Assembly: GCF_009834535.1 (NCBI RefSeq)
Contig: NC_045697.1
Coordinates: 109,122,001-109,186,000 of the forward strand
Origin: Camelus ferus
Taxonomy: Eukaryota
Direction of reading: 5' to 3'
Length of the DNA stretch: 64,000 bases
Position numbers and translations under genes: made by a program. The notes below the pieces were generated by a model. It saw only the letters and a list, made by a program, of their open reading frames with translations, ran no database searches and was not told where the DNA came from. Below, one piece after another: positions 38,040 through 50,545 of this stretch. Every line of letters begins with the position of its first letter. The first letter of the stretch is position 1.

Positions 38040-39870
38040 GGGGGAGCCACGCTGTCCCTGGGGTCGGCGATGCCACTAACCCCACCCACGCGCAGGCTAG
38101 CGGGGCTCCACCTCCATTCCCAAATATCGCTGCCCTGCTATTCCTGTCCCACCACCCTCGAGAATCTCTGTGAATCTGTGATTTAAAGCAGGCATCCACT
38201 GCCATCCATCCTGAACCGCCGAAAGCTAGTTCGCAGTTCTCCGGGTAACCGAGAAGGAAGGAAGGGAGAAATGGCTCTCCGGAGTTTCCACGGAAACCAC
38301 TCCCGGCAGAGGCAGGTGTGGCAGGGGGGGCGGGTGGGACGGAAAAGGGCCCTTGGGGCGGGGCGGGGCTCGGGGAGGCCGTGGGGAGTGGCCGCCAAGG
38401 CTGCTGGGTACCCTGTGTGGATTGTATATGTACTGTTTTGTTTTTTTTTTTAAATAAAGCACTACTTTCGGTGGGATATTTCACTTGCAAAATAGAACCA
38501 CCAGTTCCTTCCGGCCTGATAAAATCAAGTCGCTCTCGAGGAGATATTCGCGCTTTGGAGATGGTCCAGGTCGAGAAGGATCTGCAAAGAAGCCCCCCCA
38601 GACAGTAAGGTTCCACTGTCCAGCGTCCTCTGCAGAGGCTGGAGCGTGCGTGTGCGCGACGAAACGTGAGGGAAACCCCATTCGATGATCTTCCTGGGCT
38701 TTGCAAAGTGCCAGGACATCCCACCAGTTCCCAGAAATCAAGTATTAATAGGATTGAGGTTGGCTGCTTCCCTCTACGTAAGTCCCCTTTACATTCGAGA
38801 TGCAGGCTAGATTAACTGGAAAGGCACTTCCCTCTTATTTTGTTTCACAGGTACCTTTGGGAAGAGCATGAAATTTATGCTCAGAGCGAATAGAAAAGAA
38901 CTGAGGCTTTTGGAGAATTCCTAGGTCAAGGCTAGCATTTGAACCTTTTCCTGGTCCGTGCATGCAGTCATTCCAGCTGCGGTGTTGCAGGGGCTGAGGC
39001 TTGAACGTGAGATCCTCAGTCCCCAGCCTGTCATCTTTGTGTCTCTTTATGGGGGGAGGGGCTGTCTGACACAGTTATTAAACCTGGCAGCTGCGTTGGC
39101 GGCACCGAGGCGCATTTTGAGTGAGCCTGCAGAAAATGAGGGGCTTTTAGCTGGGAGCCTGCTTGTCACTTCTCGCTGCCTGAAAGGCGGCTCTCAGGGC
39201 GCTTTCCCTTGCTTCTAATTGCCAGTGGCCGAGGACAGTGTGCGCACTTAATGAAAACAACTGGAAACGTGAGTATCCGTGGCTCGGCGCAGCCTGTGTG
39301 TTAGGAGCTGGGCTCATAAGGCTTCCAGCCTGGTTGCGGGGACGCAGAGGCAGCGAGAGGAAAGGCCGGCGCGCGGGGGATCCGGCTACGCGAGGGCCTC
39401 GCGACGCGCGTCGCCACGCCTTGTCTGTGGGTGGTGCGCCCTGGCGCGGCGACAGGAGGCTTGAGCGCCCGGCTTCTAGCGCACGCCTCGGGATCTCGTC
39501 CTATGGTTTGGAGGCGGACGCACAAAGAAAAGACGCTGGGCCTAGGCAGCCGGTGTAGACAGTCCTGTCCAGTCCCCAAATACTTGGGTCTTTTTTGAGA
39601 AAGGGGAAAAACTGCATTTTACGGTTGGCTCAAAGCAATGAGATTAGGCCAGTGTTTTCCCGCCAGGGAGGACCTTTGTGCGCTGGCACTGACCACCGCG
39701 ATCAGTCCTGCAGGGACCTGGGCGCAGCGGCGCCCCCGGAAGCATCGGGCGCAGCAGGGTCTCGGCTCTCGAAGGCGGCAGGTCCGGATTCCTTTGGGAT
39801 TTCAGAGCCTTTTGGGCCCCAAACTCTCCTCTCGCCGAGCCCCGAGCTCGCTCCTTCCGTTTGCCTCCCC
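38040..39870. promoter_or_regulatory. CpG island / candidate promoter
   Basis: Dense CpG and high GC by eye at 38040-38670 and 39230-39870 against CpG-depleted flanks; GC boxes 38355-38368; X-boxes 38236-38249 and 38284-38297. Confidence 0.75.
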
Positions 39871-41766
39871 ACACTTTGTGTTCTAACACGGCAGACATTT
39901 TATGAAGACCATAAGTAAAGCGAAGAGACCTCAATGCCCTCCTTTCTCCCCGAAGTATGGAAGTGAAGGGATGTGGTTTTATTCTCACTATCGATCGCTT
40001 AGAGGGAATCTTGAAGGTCAGCTTCAGTTTTATATTTATTTCTGGACAAGGTTTCCAAGTTTACAAAGGTGGCATCCTGCCAGGGCCTCTCCGTGGTTTA
40101 TATACTTTTAAAAGAACCTTGACTTTCCCCTAGGGGTTCCTAGGGGAGGCTAACAGCGTCAGTTGGCTCTGGAATATCTTGTTCAGTGTTTCTTGTGCAT
40201 TTCCACGTCGATCTGTTTCGGGCCCGAATGTGTGATACTGAGAAGTAGCATCTAAAGCCTAACACCACACCCCCCTCAACCCCGTTCCCTGCCCGCCCTC
40301 CGGGCCAGGCTGGATTTCTTGAGGTCCTGTAGGGTGTTCAGAGTCAGGGGCTGATGGCCATGGAAGGCTTCACCTTCCCCAGGGACCAACAAAGCCAGGA
40401 CTCAGGCGATATTGGTGTGTGGGCAGTCAACTATGGGCAAGCTGCTTAAACTTTCCAGGCCTCAGTTTCCTAATCTATAAAATGGGCATGCCAAAGTAAT
40501 ATCTTATAAAGATGTGCTAAAATGTGTGCTGGTTTTCCAATGCCATCGCCCACTAAGCAGCTTTTCTGTTATAACCTGAGAGCTGAGGATTATCTTAACG
40601 AAAACAAAAAGGAAAGAAAGGAAAAGTCTGTAAAATGGGGGAAAAAAATAAATAACCCTCAGAAAAGCTGTTGTCAAATTAGCTTGGAAATTCCCTAAAA
40701 ACAGACTAGCCTATTGGCTATAAATTAGTTAATTTATAGGTAAAGAACTGAAAGTGTTACAGACATGCTTGTGGCCCCTTTAATTTTGCATATCGGGTTA
40801 TGGCCCTGGAGGAAGATTGACGTCCCTTTAATGAGGAAATGAGGCTTGATATTCATTGCTTTAATTTGCCCCGAAACTTGATTTTCCATCCTGAACTGTG
40901 GTTTCTCAGGTTTCTGCAAATGAGTCCCTTGTTAACAAAAACCAGATGATGATTAAGAAAAAAAAAAAAAAGCATTGTGAAAAGACATTAATGTGATTCT
41001 GAGGTGTTAAATATACAAGGAACCGGAAATAAATACCTCGACTGAATTCTACTCTAGTAAAATAATGGTTAGGGTATTGTTTCTAATTTTGTGCATTGTA
41101 CTTTAAAAAGAATGTGGAGAAACTGGAGGAGGGGTTCAGAATGGAGCAGCCAAAATAACTTAATGGAGCAGAAAGAGAAGCTTAAAAAAGAAAGAAAGAA
41201 AACCCTGAGGCTGAGTGAGGCACTGAAAAGAATAGAGTATGAGAAAACAAGGTTTTCATAGAACAAAATGAAGTACTTCTAAAATGGTGAAAGAATAAAA
41301 TGTACCACTGAGGAGCTTCAAAAAGAGAAAAATTTACCACCTGCCCTTCATGGTCTAGCCCCAGCTCTTTGTAAACCTGATTGCATGTTCGAATCACCTG
41401 GGGACTTCAAAACTCTTCTGAGGCCCATATTCTAACTTAACAGGTCTGAATGTGAGTGTGGATATTTTGTCTGAGCTCCCTTGGTGAAACATTAGGTAGG
41501 GAAACATTGGTCATGCCTAAAAGGGCAGAGTGCATGGCTGCAGGGGCCAGCAGGGAGCAGAGATGCCAAGGAGAGCCAGGGGCTGATGGGGCTCTCGGAG
41601 GGAAAGAATTTTGATCCACTTGTGCATGTCAGCCAGCTTTGCCAGATCTCCTGCTTTATCAAAGATTTCTGGAAATCCAGTTATTTATCTGTTAATACAA
41701 AATACTCAGATCTCTAAGGTTGCAACTAAGTAAGAGTAAAACATTCAAAAATATATTGTGCCTGCA

Positions 41767-41884
41767 GGGGATGGGGGTCTAACTCAGTGGTAGAGCGCAT
41801 GCTTAGCATGCAGGAGGTCCTGAGTTCAATCCCCAGTACCTCCATTAAAATAAATAAATTAATGAACTTAATTCCGCCCCCCCT
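41767..41884 (+). mobile_element. Camelid tRNA-derived SINE
   Basis: ctcagtggtagagcgcatgcttagcatgcaggaggtcctgagttcaatccccagtacctcc. Confidence 0.9.
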
Positions 41885-41934
41885 TAAAAGTATACTATGC
41901 TGGCCAAACAAAACATATCTGAAGCTGGAAATGG

Positions 41935-44850
41935 GATTTTCCATAATGACTGTACCACTTTATATTCCCACCAAAGGTTCCCTTTTCTCCACATCCTCAT
42001 CAACATTTATTATTTCTTGTCTTTTTGAAGATAGCCATTCTGACAGATGTGAGGTGATATCTCACTGTGGTTTTGATTTGCATTTCTCTGATAATTAATG
42101 ATGTTGAGCACTTTTCATGTGCCTGTTGGCCATCTGTATGTGTTCTTTGGAAAAATGTCTACTCAAGTCTTCTGCACATTTTTTAATTAGGTTGTTTGTT
42201 TTTTCAATATCGAGTTATTAGAGTTCTTCATATATTTTGGATATCAGCCCCTTATCGAAGATAGAGTTTGCAAATATCTTCTCCCATTCAATAGGTTGCC
42301 TTTTCATTTGTTGGTGGTTTCCTTTGTTGTGGAAAAGCTTTTTTAGATGATGTAGTCCCATTTTTTAAAACTTTTGTTTCCCTTTTCTGAGGAGATATTC
42401 CCCCCCCACCCCAAAATAGTGCTAAGACTAATGTCCAAGGGTGCCCATGTTTTCTTCTTAGAGTTTTATGGTTTCAGGTCTTACATTTAAGTCTTTAATC
42501 CATTTTGTGTTTCTTTGTGTACACAATGTAAGACAGTGGTCCAGTTTCATCCTTTTGCATGTAGCTGTCTGGTTTTCCCAACACCATTTATTGAAGAAAC
42601 TGTCTTTTCCCCATTGTAGATTCTTCTTAAGATTGCTTTGGCTATTTGGGGGCTTTTGTGTTTCCCAAATTTGAGGATTATTAGTTCTATTTCTGTGAAA
42701 AATGCCACTGGTATTTTCATAAGCATTGCATTGAGTTTGGCGATTGCTTTGGATAGTGTGGACATTTTAACAATATTGATTCTTCCAATCCATGAGCATG
42801 GGGTGTCTTTTTATTTATTTGTGTCTTCTTCAATTTCTCTCTTCACTGTCTTGTATTTTCCAGAGTACAGATCTTTCACCTCCTTGGTTAGAATTATTCC
42901 TAGGTATTTTGTTCTTTTTGATGTAATTGTAAATGGGGTTTGTTTCATCTCTCTTTCTGATTGTTCATTATTAGTGTATAGAAATGTGACAGATTTCTGT
43001 ATACTAATTTTGTATCCTGCAACTTTACTGAATTAATTTATTAGTTCTTTATTAGTCTTTGGGGTTTTCTATATATAGTATCATGTCACCTACAAATAGT
43101 GACAGTTTTACTTCTTCCTTTACAATTTGGATATCTTTTATTTCTTTTTTCTTGCCTAATTGCTCTGGCTAGGACTTGCAATACCATGTTAAATAGAAGT
43201 AGCAAGAGTGAGAGTTGTTGTCTTCTTCCTGATCTTAGAGGAAAAACTTTCAGCTTTTCACCATTGAATATGATGTTAGCTGTGGGTTTGTCACATATGG
43301 CCTTTATCATGTTGATTATATTCCCTTCAAAACCACTTTGTTGAGAGTTTTTATTATAAATGGATGTTGAATTTTGTCAAAATGCTTTTGTGAATCTGTT
43401 GATATGGTCATATGAATTTTATACTTCATTTTACTAACATGATTTATCACATTGATTGATTTGTGAATGTTAAACCATCCTTGCATCCCTGAAGTGAATC
43501 CCACTTGATCATGGTGTATGATCCTTTCAATGTATTGTTGAATTCAGTTTGCTAATATTTTGGTGAAGATTTTTGCATCTATGTCCATCAGGGATATTGG
43601 CTTGTAATCTTCCTTTTTGTGGTGCTTTTGGTTTTGGTATCAGGGTAATGCTGGCTTCATCAGATGAATTTGAAAGTGTTTCTTCATGTTCAATCTTTTG
43701 GAATAATTTGAGAAGGAAAGGTATTAACTCTGCTTTAAATATTTGATAAAATTGACTTGTGAGCCATCAGAACCTGGACTTTTGGGGAGGGTTTTTTTTA
43801 TTACTGATTTAGTTTTCTTCCTAGTAATCAGTTTGTTCAGATTTTCCATTTCTTCATGATTCAGTCTTGGAAGATTGTAAACTAGGCATTTATTCATTTC
43901 TTCTAGGTTGTCTAATTCACTGGTGTATAATTGTTCATAATATTCTCTTGTGATCTTTTGTATTTCTGTGGTGTCATTTGTAATTTCTTCTCTTTCATTT
44001 CTGATTTTATTTATTTGGGCTTTCTTTATTTCTTGATGAGTATGGCCAAAGATTTGTAGATTTTGTTTATCTTTTCAAAGAACCAACTCTTAGTTTTATT
44101 GACCTTTTTATTGTTTTTTAGTCTCTATTTCATTTATTTTTAACCTGTTCTTTATTGTCCTCCCTTCTACTAACTTTGAGCTTTACTTGTTCTTTTTCTA
44201 GTTCCCTTAAATGTAAATCCAGATGGTTTATTTGAGATTTTTTCGTTTTTTGAGGTAAACCTTTATTGCTATGAAATTCCATCTTAGAATGACTTTTGCT
44301 GTATCCCATAGATTTTTGGAAAGTTTTGTTTAAGGCTAATATTTCCTTATTGATTTTCTGTCTGGATAATCTATATATAGAAGTAAGTAGGGTATTAAAT
44401 GTCTCCTACTATTATTGTATTGCTGTCCATTTTCCCCTTTATTTCTGTTTATATTTGCTTTATATATTTAGGTGCTCCTGTGTTGTGTGCTGGCAACTCT
44501 GACCCTGGAGAGGGCTCCGGCAGTTCCTCACCCATTTGGATTTCCTACCTATGTAGTCCAGGTGCCCTTTAAACTGGCATTTTTTTCACTGTGTCCCAGA
44601 ATTGTGCTTGGGACCCTCAGTAATATCCCTCCCTATTTCAAGTTTCTGGGTCAGGGGTGTAGCACCCATGGATACCATGTCTCTGTCTTTTTTACCCATT
44701 TCTGTATGGTTCTTCTATGTGCAGAAGCTGTTCAGTCAGCCCTCAGGTCTTTTTCAAGGGTAATTGATCTATATGTAGGTGTAGGTTCAGTATGTCTGTG
44801 GGAGGAGATGAACTCAAGGTCTTCCTATGCTGCCATCTTGCTCAAGTTCT
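41935..44850 (-). mobile_element. Internally deleted L1 (5'UTR start plus ORF2 EN/RT segments)
   Basis: RT fragments [15 protein letters not shown] and [20 protein letters not shown]; 44490-44845 reads in reverse caagatggcagcataggaagacc..., an L1 5'-end motif. Confidence 0.9.
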
Positions 44851-45772
44851 TTTTTTATGCTCTTTTTAACTCAAAGAAACATTTCTTGGCCTCCTTCTCT
44901 CTGAAGGATCATGTCTTCCTGGCTGAGTGCCTACTCTTTGACAGATCTCTCTGGATTATTTGAATGAAGCAATATTACCTAGTTCCCTAGCCTTCCCTTG
45001 ACTGTAAGTAAAGGAGGCTGGCCCTGGAGATTGGAATAGCGACTATGACACCCTAAGGTAAGAGGGAGGCAAACCTGCTCCTCCCCAGCATCTACCACTC
45101 AGAGCCTTGTGGTTCCCCATGCTGATCGTGGAGATAAGATGAATGGGGATTGGGAAGCTTGATCTTTCTATGGGAGGCCTGGGAACTGTCCTGAAGCTGC
45201 CTTCTGCTGTCTCTTGGGTTGGAGGGGAGTGGGTACCATACACTGTCCATGCATATAAGCAGCACTGATGTTGAAACATGATTTCAAAAATTCCCAGTTC
45301 ATACATCTCTTAAATTTCCCTGTTGCTGCACAAGCAATGGAAGAAAACTATGTCTCTATTAGAAAAGAGGAGGCATTTAACACCACTTTTTACAGATAAG
45401 AACTTTTCCAGAAGTAGAAAAAATTTTAGGAGACCTCAAAGTGTGACTCAGCTGGATTTGCCCTGCCTCTTCCCTCTGGATTAGGGCTGCTGTTATTTTT
45501 GTTTGGATGTTGGGGTCAGGTGAAGTAACAGGAAGGCAGAACACCAGCCAATGTCTGGCTGTACCCCCTTGTGTAGTGCTGAGACCAGGGTGGTACCTGC
45601 CTTCCCAGTGATGAGGTGGCCTTCCAGGCTGACACAGAGGACTGTGTGTGCAAGGTGGCAGAGACTCAGCACAGAGATGACCACTTCCCCCATGGCAATG
45701 AGCAGAAGTCAGATTTGTTCAAAAGAGCTTTGTTAAGTGACATAGCACTGTAAGTAAATGAAATCAGCATTC

Positions 45773-46398
45773 TTTTTTTTTTATTGAAGTATAGTCTGTT
45801 ATAATGTGTCAATTTCTCTTGTACAGCATAATGTCCCAGTCATGCATATATACATATATATACATATATTTGTTTTCGTAAAAGGTTATAATAAGATATT
45901 GAATATAGTTTCCTGTGCTATACAGAAGAAATTTGGTTTTAATCTATTTTTATATATAGTGGTTGACATTTGCAAATCTCAAACTACCAGCTTTATTCCT
46001 TCCCACCCCCTCTCCCTGGTAACCATAAAATTATTTATTATGTCTGTGAATCTGTTTCTTTTGTAGATGAGTTTCATCAGGGTTCTCTTTTTTCTTGTTA
46101 GATTCCACATATGAGTGATATCATATGGTATTCTTCTTTCTCTTTCTGGCTTATTTCACTTAGAATGAAAGTCTCCAGGACCATCCATGTTGCCTCAGAT
46201 GGCATTATTTTATTCTTCTTTATGGCTGAGTAATATTCCATTATATAAATATACCACAACGTCTTTATCTAGTCATCTGTCAATGAACGTTTATGTTGCT
46301 TCCATGTCTTGGTTATTGTAAATAGTGCTGCTATGAACATTGAGGTGCATGTATCTTTTCGAATTAGAGTTCCCTCTGGATATATGCCCAGAAGTGGG
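45773..46398 (-). mobile_element. 5'-truncated young L1
   Basis: T-tail plus attgaagtatagtc; TSD core gaaatcagca 45760-45769 / 46399-46408. Confidence 0.92.
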
Positions 46399-48593
46399 GA
46401 AATCAGCAATTTTTAGCAGCTGCTATTTTTGCTTCCCATAGGCTCTGGGTCGGCAGGCAAAACCAGAGTGGCTGAACAGGTATCAGGCTCCCCTCTATTG
46501 GCTATGAAAGGCCTCCCAAAGCCATGGCCATGCTGTCTTTAGTCCTTTTGCTAGCCCCTCCATTCTCCAGTCAAAAAAGCAGCACCTGTGATCAAAGATT
46601 TCACTATCAAGAAGGGAAGGAGAGTTTTGAAGTTAGAATGTGGAAAACCGCTTGGAGCAATGGGAACAAAATAGGATCCAGGAGTTTGGTGGAATTCTGG
46701 TTGCCAAAACCCAGAAATATGTTTCTTGAAGGAGCAAAAGCCACATCAGCCCCAGTTGAGCTGCCGAGTCCTCAGGCTGGCGTGAAGATGCTCTGCCCTG
46801 GTATAATCTTCCTCTCTCCTAACAACTGCGTGAAACAAATGATTGATTCTCCCACTGGAATCCTAGATGAACACATTCCACCCCACCAGCCTCTGCCACT
46901 AGCTTCGAAGGATCAGGATGTAAGGTGGGGGCGCTGTGGGGTGCCACTGAGGGTCTGACTTCAAACCACCGTGCAGCCTCAGGACTGTGGCCCAGGAATG
47001 GGCTGTATACAAGACTGCTCCCACCCCTGCTCCTTTTAGTCCTGGGACCAACTTGCAAAGTGCACGTACTTTGGAATCAGCCTTCCTTTATGTCTGTCCT
47101 TCCAGCCATTGCCCAGGCTGATTGTTAAGTATACCAATCATCGCCTCCCCTCCAGCGCCTGAAACAGCAAGTTCCGCCCCTTTCTGGCTTGATAATGACA
47201 GGTTGCCTGTGGAGCATCCTGGCCCATGTGCTGTCGACCAGGGTTACACAAGCAGCTTGTATTTTTCCTTGAAGTAGATGATCCGGTTTCCTCTCCATTC
47301 TAGAACCTTCCTGTTGGCTCTTTTTAGTAAATTCACTCTTAACAGAAGATCTATTTAAGTGCATCCAGGGACAGAGAGAAGGTAAAACTCCTTCAGTCAG
47401 TCCACTTTTTTTGAACTTCTTCATGATGGAGGTGGGAAAATTGATTAAGGGGAAATTTCATACTTTTGGCTGAAATGCAGATATATAGGTATGACTGTTC
47501 AATTCATCTCTGTCTTGCACAAAGATTCTTATATGAGAGTCATAAGAATATTAGTAAAGTTCAATTATGCAGTGCCATAAGCTTTAATTGAATTTAAAGA
47601 AAAACAGCAATTCCATTGGAAATTTTATTTTATTTTAAAGTAAATTATTCTCTAAGCCAGAAAGGAAGAAAAATGCCATATGATATCACTTATGGGTGGA
47701 ATCTAAAGAAAAGGACACAAATGAACTACTTTTATTTATAACTTAGATGATTGATTTCTTAAATATGTGTAAGCACATTTGACTCTCCTTTATGATTGGA
47801 TTACTGCATTCTGTTGATTCTTATTTTGTGGTTGGCTTTATTTCTTTGATAACTATGCAAGTTTAAAAAGCTAAAGCTCTAAACTGATCTTAGAAACAAT
47901 GAACAGTACATATATGTGCAGTATATTGTATATATGTATTTACACGCAATATAGTGCATATTAGGTAAAATTGATATAATTTTACCTAATTAAAATGTGT
48001 AATTAAAAAATATATTTTTAACTGTTAAATGTATATACGCATAAAAGTGTATAAAATGTGTTGTATACAGCTGAAATATAATAGTAGAAAAATAATAGTA
48101 GAATGAAACATGCTTGTATATTCCTCACCAGGTTAAGGCATAAAACATGATCAGACCCTTGAAGCTTGGCAGGTGCCCCTCTCCAGTGAATTCCCTGCAT
48201 TCCTTCCTCCCACAGATGTCTTCCTTCTGGAATTTTGGTGTTAAACCATTCCTCGATTTTCTTTATATGTTGCCACTTACATGTGAAACAGGCTCTTCGT
48301 ATTTTATTATAGAGTCTCATGACAGAAGTTACTAGCATCTAGGACCCAACAGCCAAACTTCCTGAGTTCTTATCTCACTTGTCACATGCCAGTTGTGCGA
48401 CACTGGGAAAGTGATTTATCTTCTCTCTGCCTCGGTTTCCTTACCTGAGAAATCAGAGGCGTTCCCCCTTAAAGGGTTGTTGTGAGAAGTAAATACATTT
48501 AGGTTGCAAGACTTTATAACAGGGCTTGATATATCATAAAAATTATGATGATGTCATTGTTTACATTAGGCTGACATCGACCTTCCTGTAGAT

Positions 48594-48886
48594 CAGTGCT
48601 TCTCAGTTATCTGCGGTAAGGACCTTAAAAATTTTTTTCCAATCCACTGTGGATAATTTTGTAAAATATAATAACGTGGAATAACTGAAAAAATTTAAAA
48701 AACCCCAAACATATAAAATTCAAACTCCAATTTTTTATTTTGAGTCAACAGAAATAAAATTACTATGTCAAACTGCTTAAGTGTTTTTAAATGATTGCTT
48801 GCAATTGCTGCACTTACTTGTCATGAACCAGTAGCAGACAGCTGTGGACAGCCACCAGCTCACAGACACAGTCCAAGCTGCTCTGG
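48594..48886. mobile_element. hAT-Charlie-type DNA transposon remnant
   Basis: Starts cagtgcttctca, AT-rich core, ends ...gctgctctg; family uncertain. Confidence 0.45.
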
Positions 48887-49557
48887 TCCAGACTTTCTGC
48901 ACACTGGTTTCTGCCTCGTCCTGCAAGAGGCCCATTCCTTTTTCAGGAAGCAAAGTTTGGGAGTCTTTTGTCGGGTGGTCCTCAGAATGTTGTTTATTTT
49001 ATAGCTGCCCTTCACTTGCTAGAAATAAAAATGACTTTAAAATAAACATACTTAATAAGTGCTGATTATCACCAAAAAAGTAGATTATTCTCATCATTAT
49101 ATAGTGGTAAGCCAAAAAGTAAATTATCTTTCTAATGTATAGTTTTATATATATTGGGCAACCAAAACGCAGAAAATTTTAAATTAAATCTATGAAATAA
49201 TTACTCCACTAAATGTGAAAAAATAACGAAGCACATGGCAATTTTAAAAACTAGTTCCTACTATCATGTTTAAAAGAAAGGTTTACAAGCACAAAATCAG
49301 ATAAAAAATATCACAAAGAAAGTGTTAGGTGGAGTGCCAGACTGACTAATCAAATGTGAGAAGTGATACAGTCTGTTCCATGCCAGGGCTGGAGGGGGGA
49401 CGTTGATGCCTGTGGGTATAATCCGGTGCCCTGTGATGGCTCCAGCGCCTTTAGCAATGGTCTAGAAAGGTAAGCAGAGAAGGTGGAGGTATTTTTCACC
49501 TAAAGGCAAACAGCTTAAGCAGTGGCTCAAAAGGCATGGATTTGGCAACTCACTTTT

Positions 49558-49696
49558 GGCGGGGGGTGAGGGGGGTCGGAATTAGGTTTACTTATTTATT
49601 TTTATTTTTTTTATTTAATGGAGGTACTGGGGATTGAACCCAGGACCTCATGCACGCTAAGCATGTGCTCTACCACTGAGCTATACCCTCCCCACT
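49558..49696 (-). mobile_element. Camelid tRNA-derived SINE
   Basis: Reverse head; caactcactttt duplicated on both flanks. Confidence 0.95.
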
Positions 49697-50397
49697 GACA
49701 ACTCACTTTTGATGATTAATGGAGAGGAAGAAAGAGGCTTTTTCTCTGGAGGTAGGTGATTGGGGTTTGTATCCCAAAGGTGTGCAAACTTGAGAATTTG
49801 CACAACACCCAGAGTCTCAGTTTCTTCATCTGTGAGTGGGGACAATCATTGCACTATTGTAAGGAATAAAGAGAATTGATGTAAAGGGTCCAGATGGTTC
49901 GTGCACCCAGATGGTTAACTCATGCTGTGTATTTGCAAGAAAGATGTAATATGTGACTCAATCCAATTTCCATATCAGAATGAAGACTTTGAACTTGTTC
50001 CCAAGACAATATGGAGCCACTGTAGAATCTTTAGGAAAAGAAAGGTTTCTTGTACCGCATACATAGAAGGCCCACTGAATTTTTACAAATTCCTGTAGGA
50101 CCATTTGAATCTCTACTTGGATTTTTTTTCCCCTCTTTTTTGTGTTTGTAATTCAAACCCTAGTACTTGAACAAGTTAATCAGAGTTTAAATGTACTCCT
50201 CTAAATATATGAGAAGTCTCCTCCCAAGATGGCTTGTCAGTAAACTGTGTGATCTATGGTCACCATAGTATTGGCCTCCAGACTTTCTGGAGAAGTAATA
50301 GTAGCTTGGAATTTAATGATGTGAAAAGCTGTGACTGCCAGTTACTTCTATAATAAATGAGCCTCATGAAAATTCAATACTTAAACATTTTTACTAG

Positions 50398-50545
50398 TGG
50401 GGAGAGTATAGCTCAAGTGGTAGAGCACATGCTTAGCATGCACAAGGTCCTGGGTTCAATCCCCAGTGCCTCCCCTAAAAATAAATAAACCTAATTGCTT
50501 CCTCCCACAACATAAAAAAAATTAAAAATAATATAATAATAAATA
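50398..50545 (+). mobile_element. Camelid tRNA-derived SINE
   Basis: ggggagagtatagctcaagtggtagagcacatgcttagcatgcacaaggtcctgggttcaatcccc plus A-rich tail. Confidence 0.92.

Noticed and set aside
37999..38724. Longest ORF (241 aa, minus strand)
   Set aside because: Non-ATG start, runs through a homopolymer and GC-rich island where long ORFs arise by chance, low complexity and no recognisable homology
46524..46958. 144-aa ATG ORF with a short hydrophobic N-terminus
   Set aside because: No recognisable family, promoter or supported exon structure; cannot be distinguished from chance without a search
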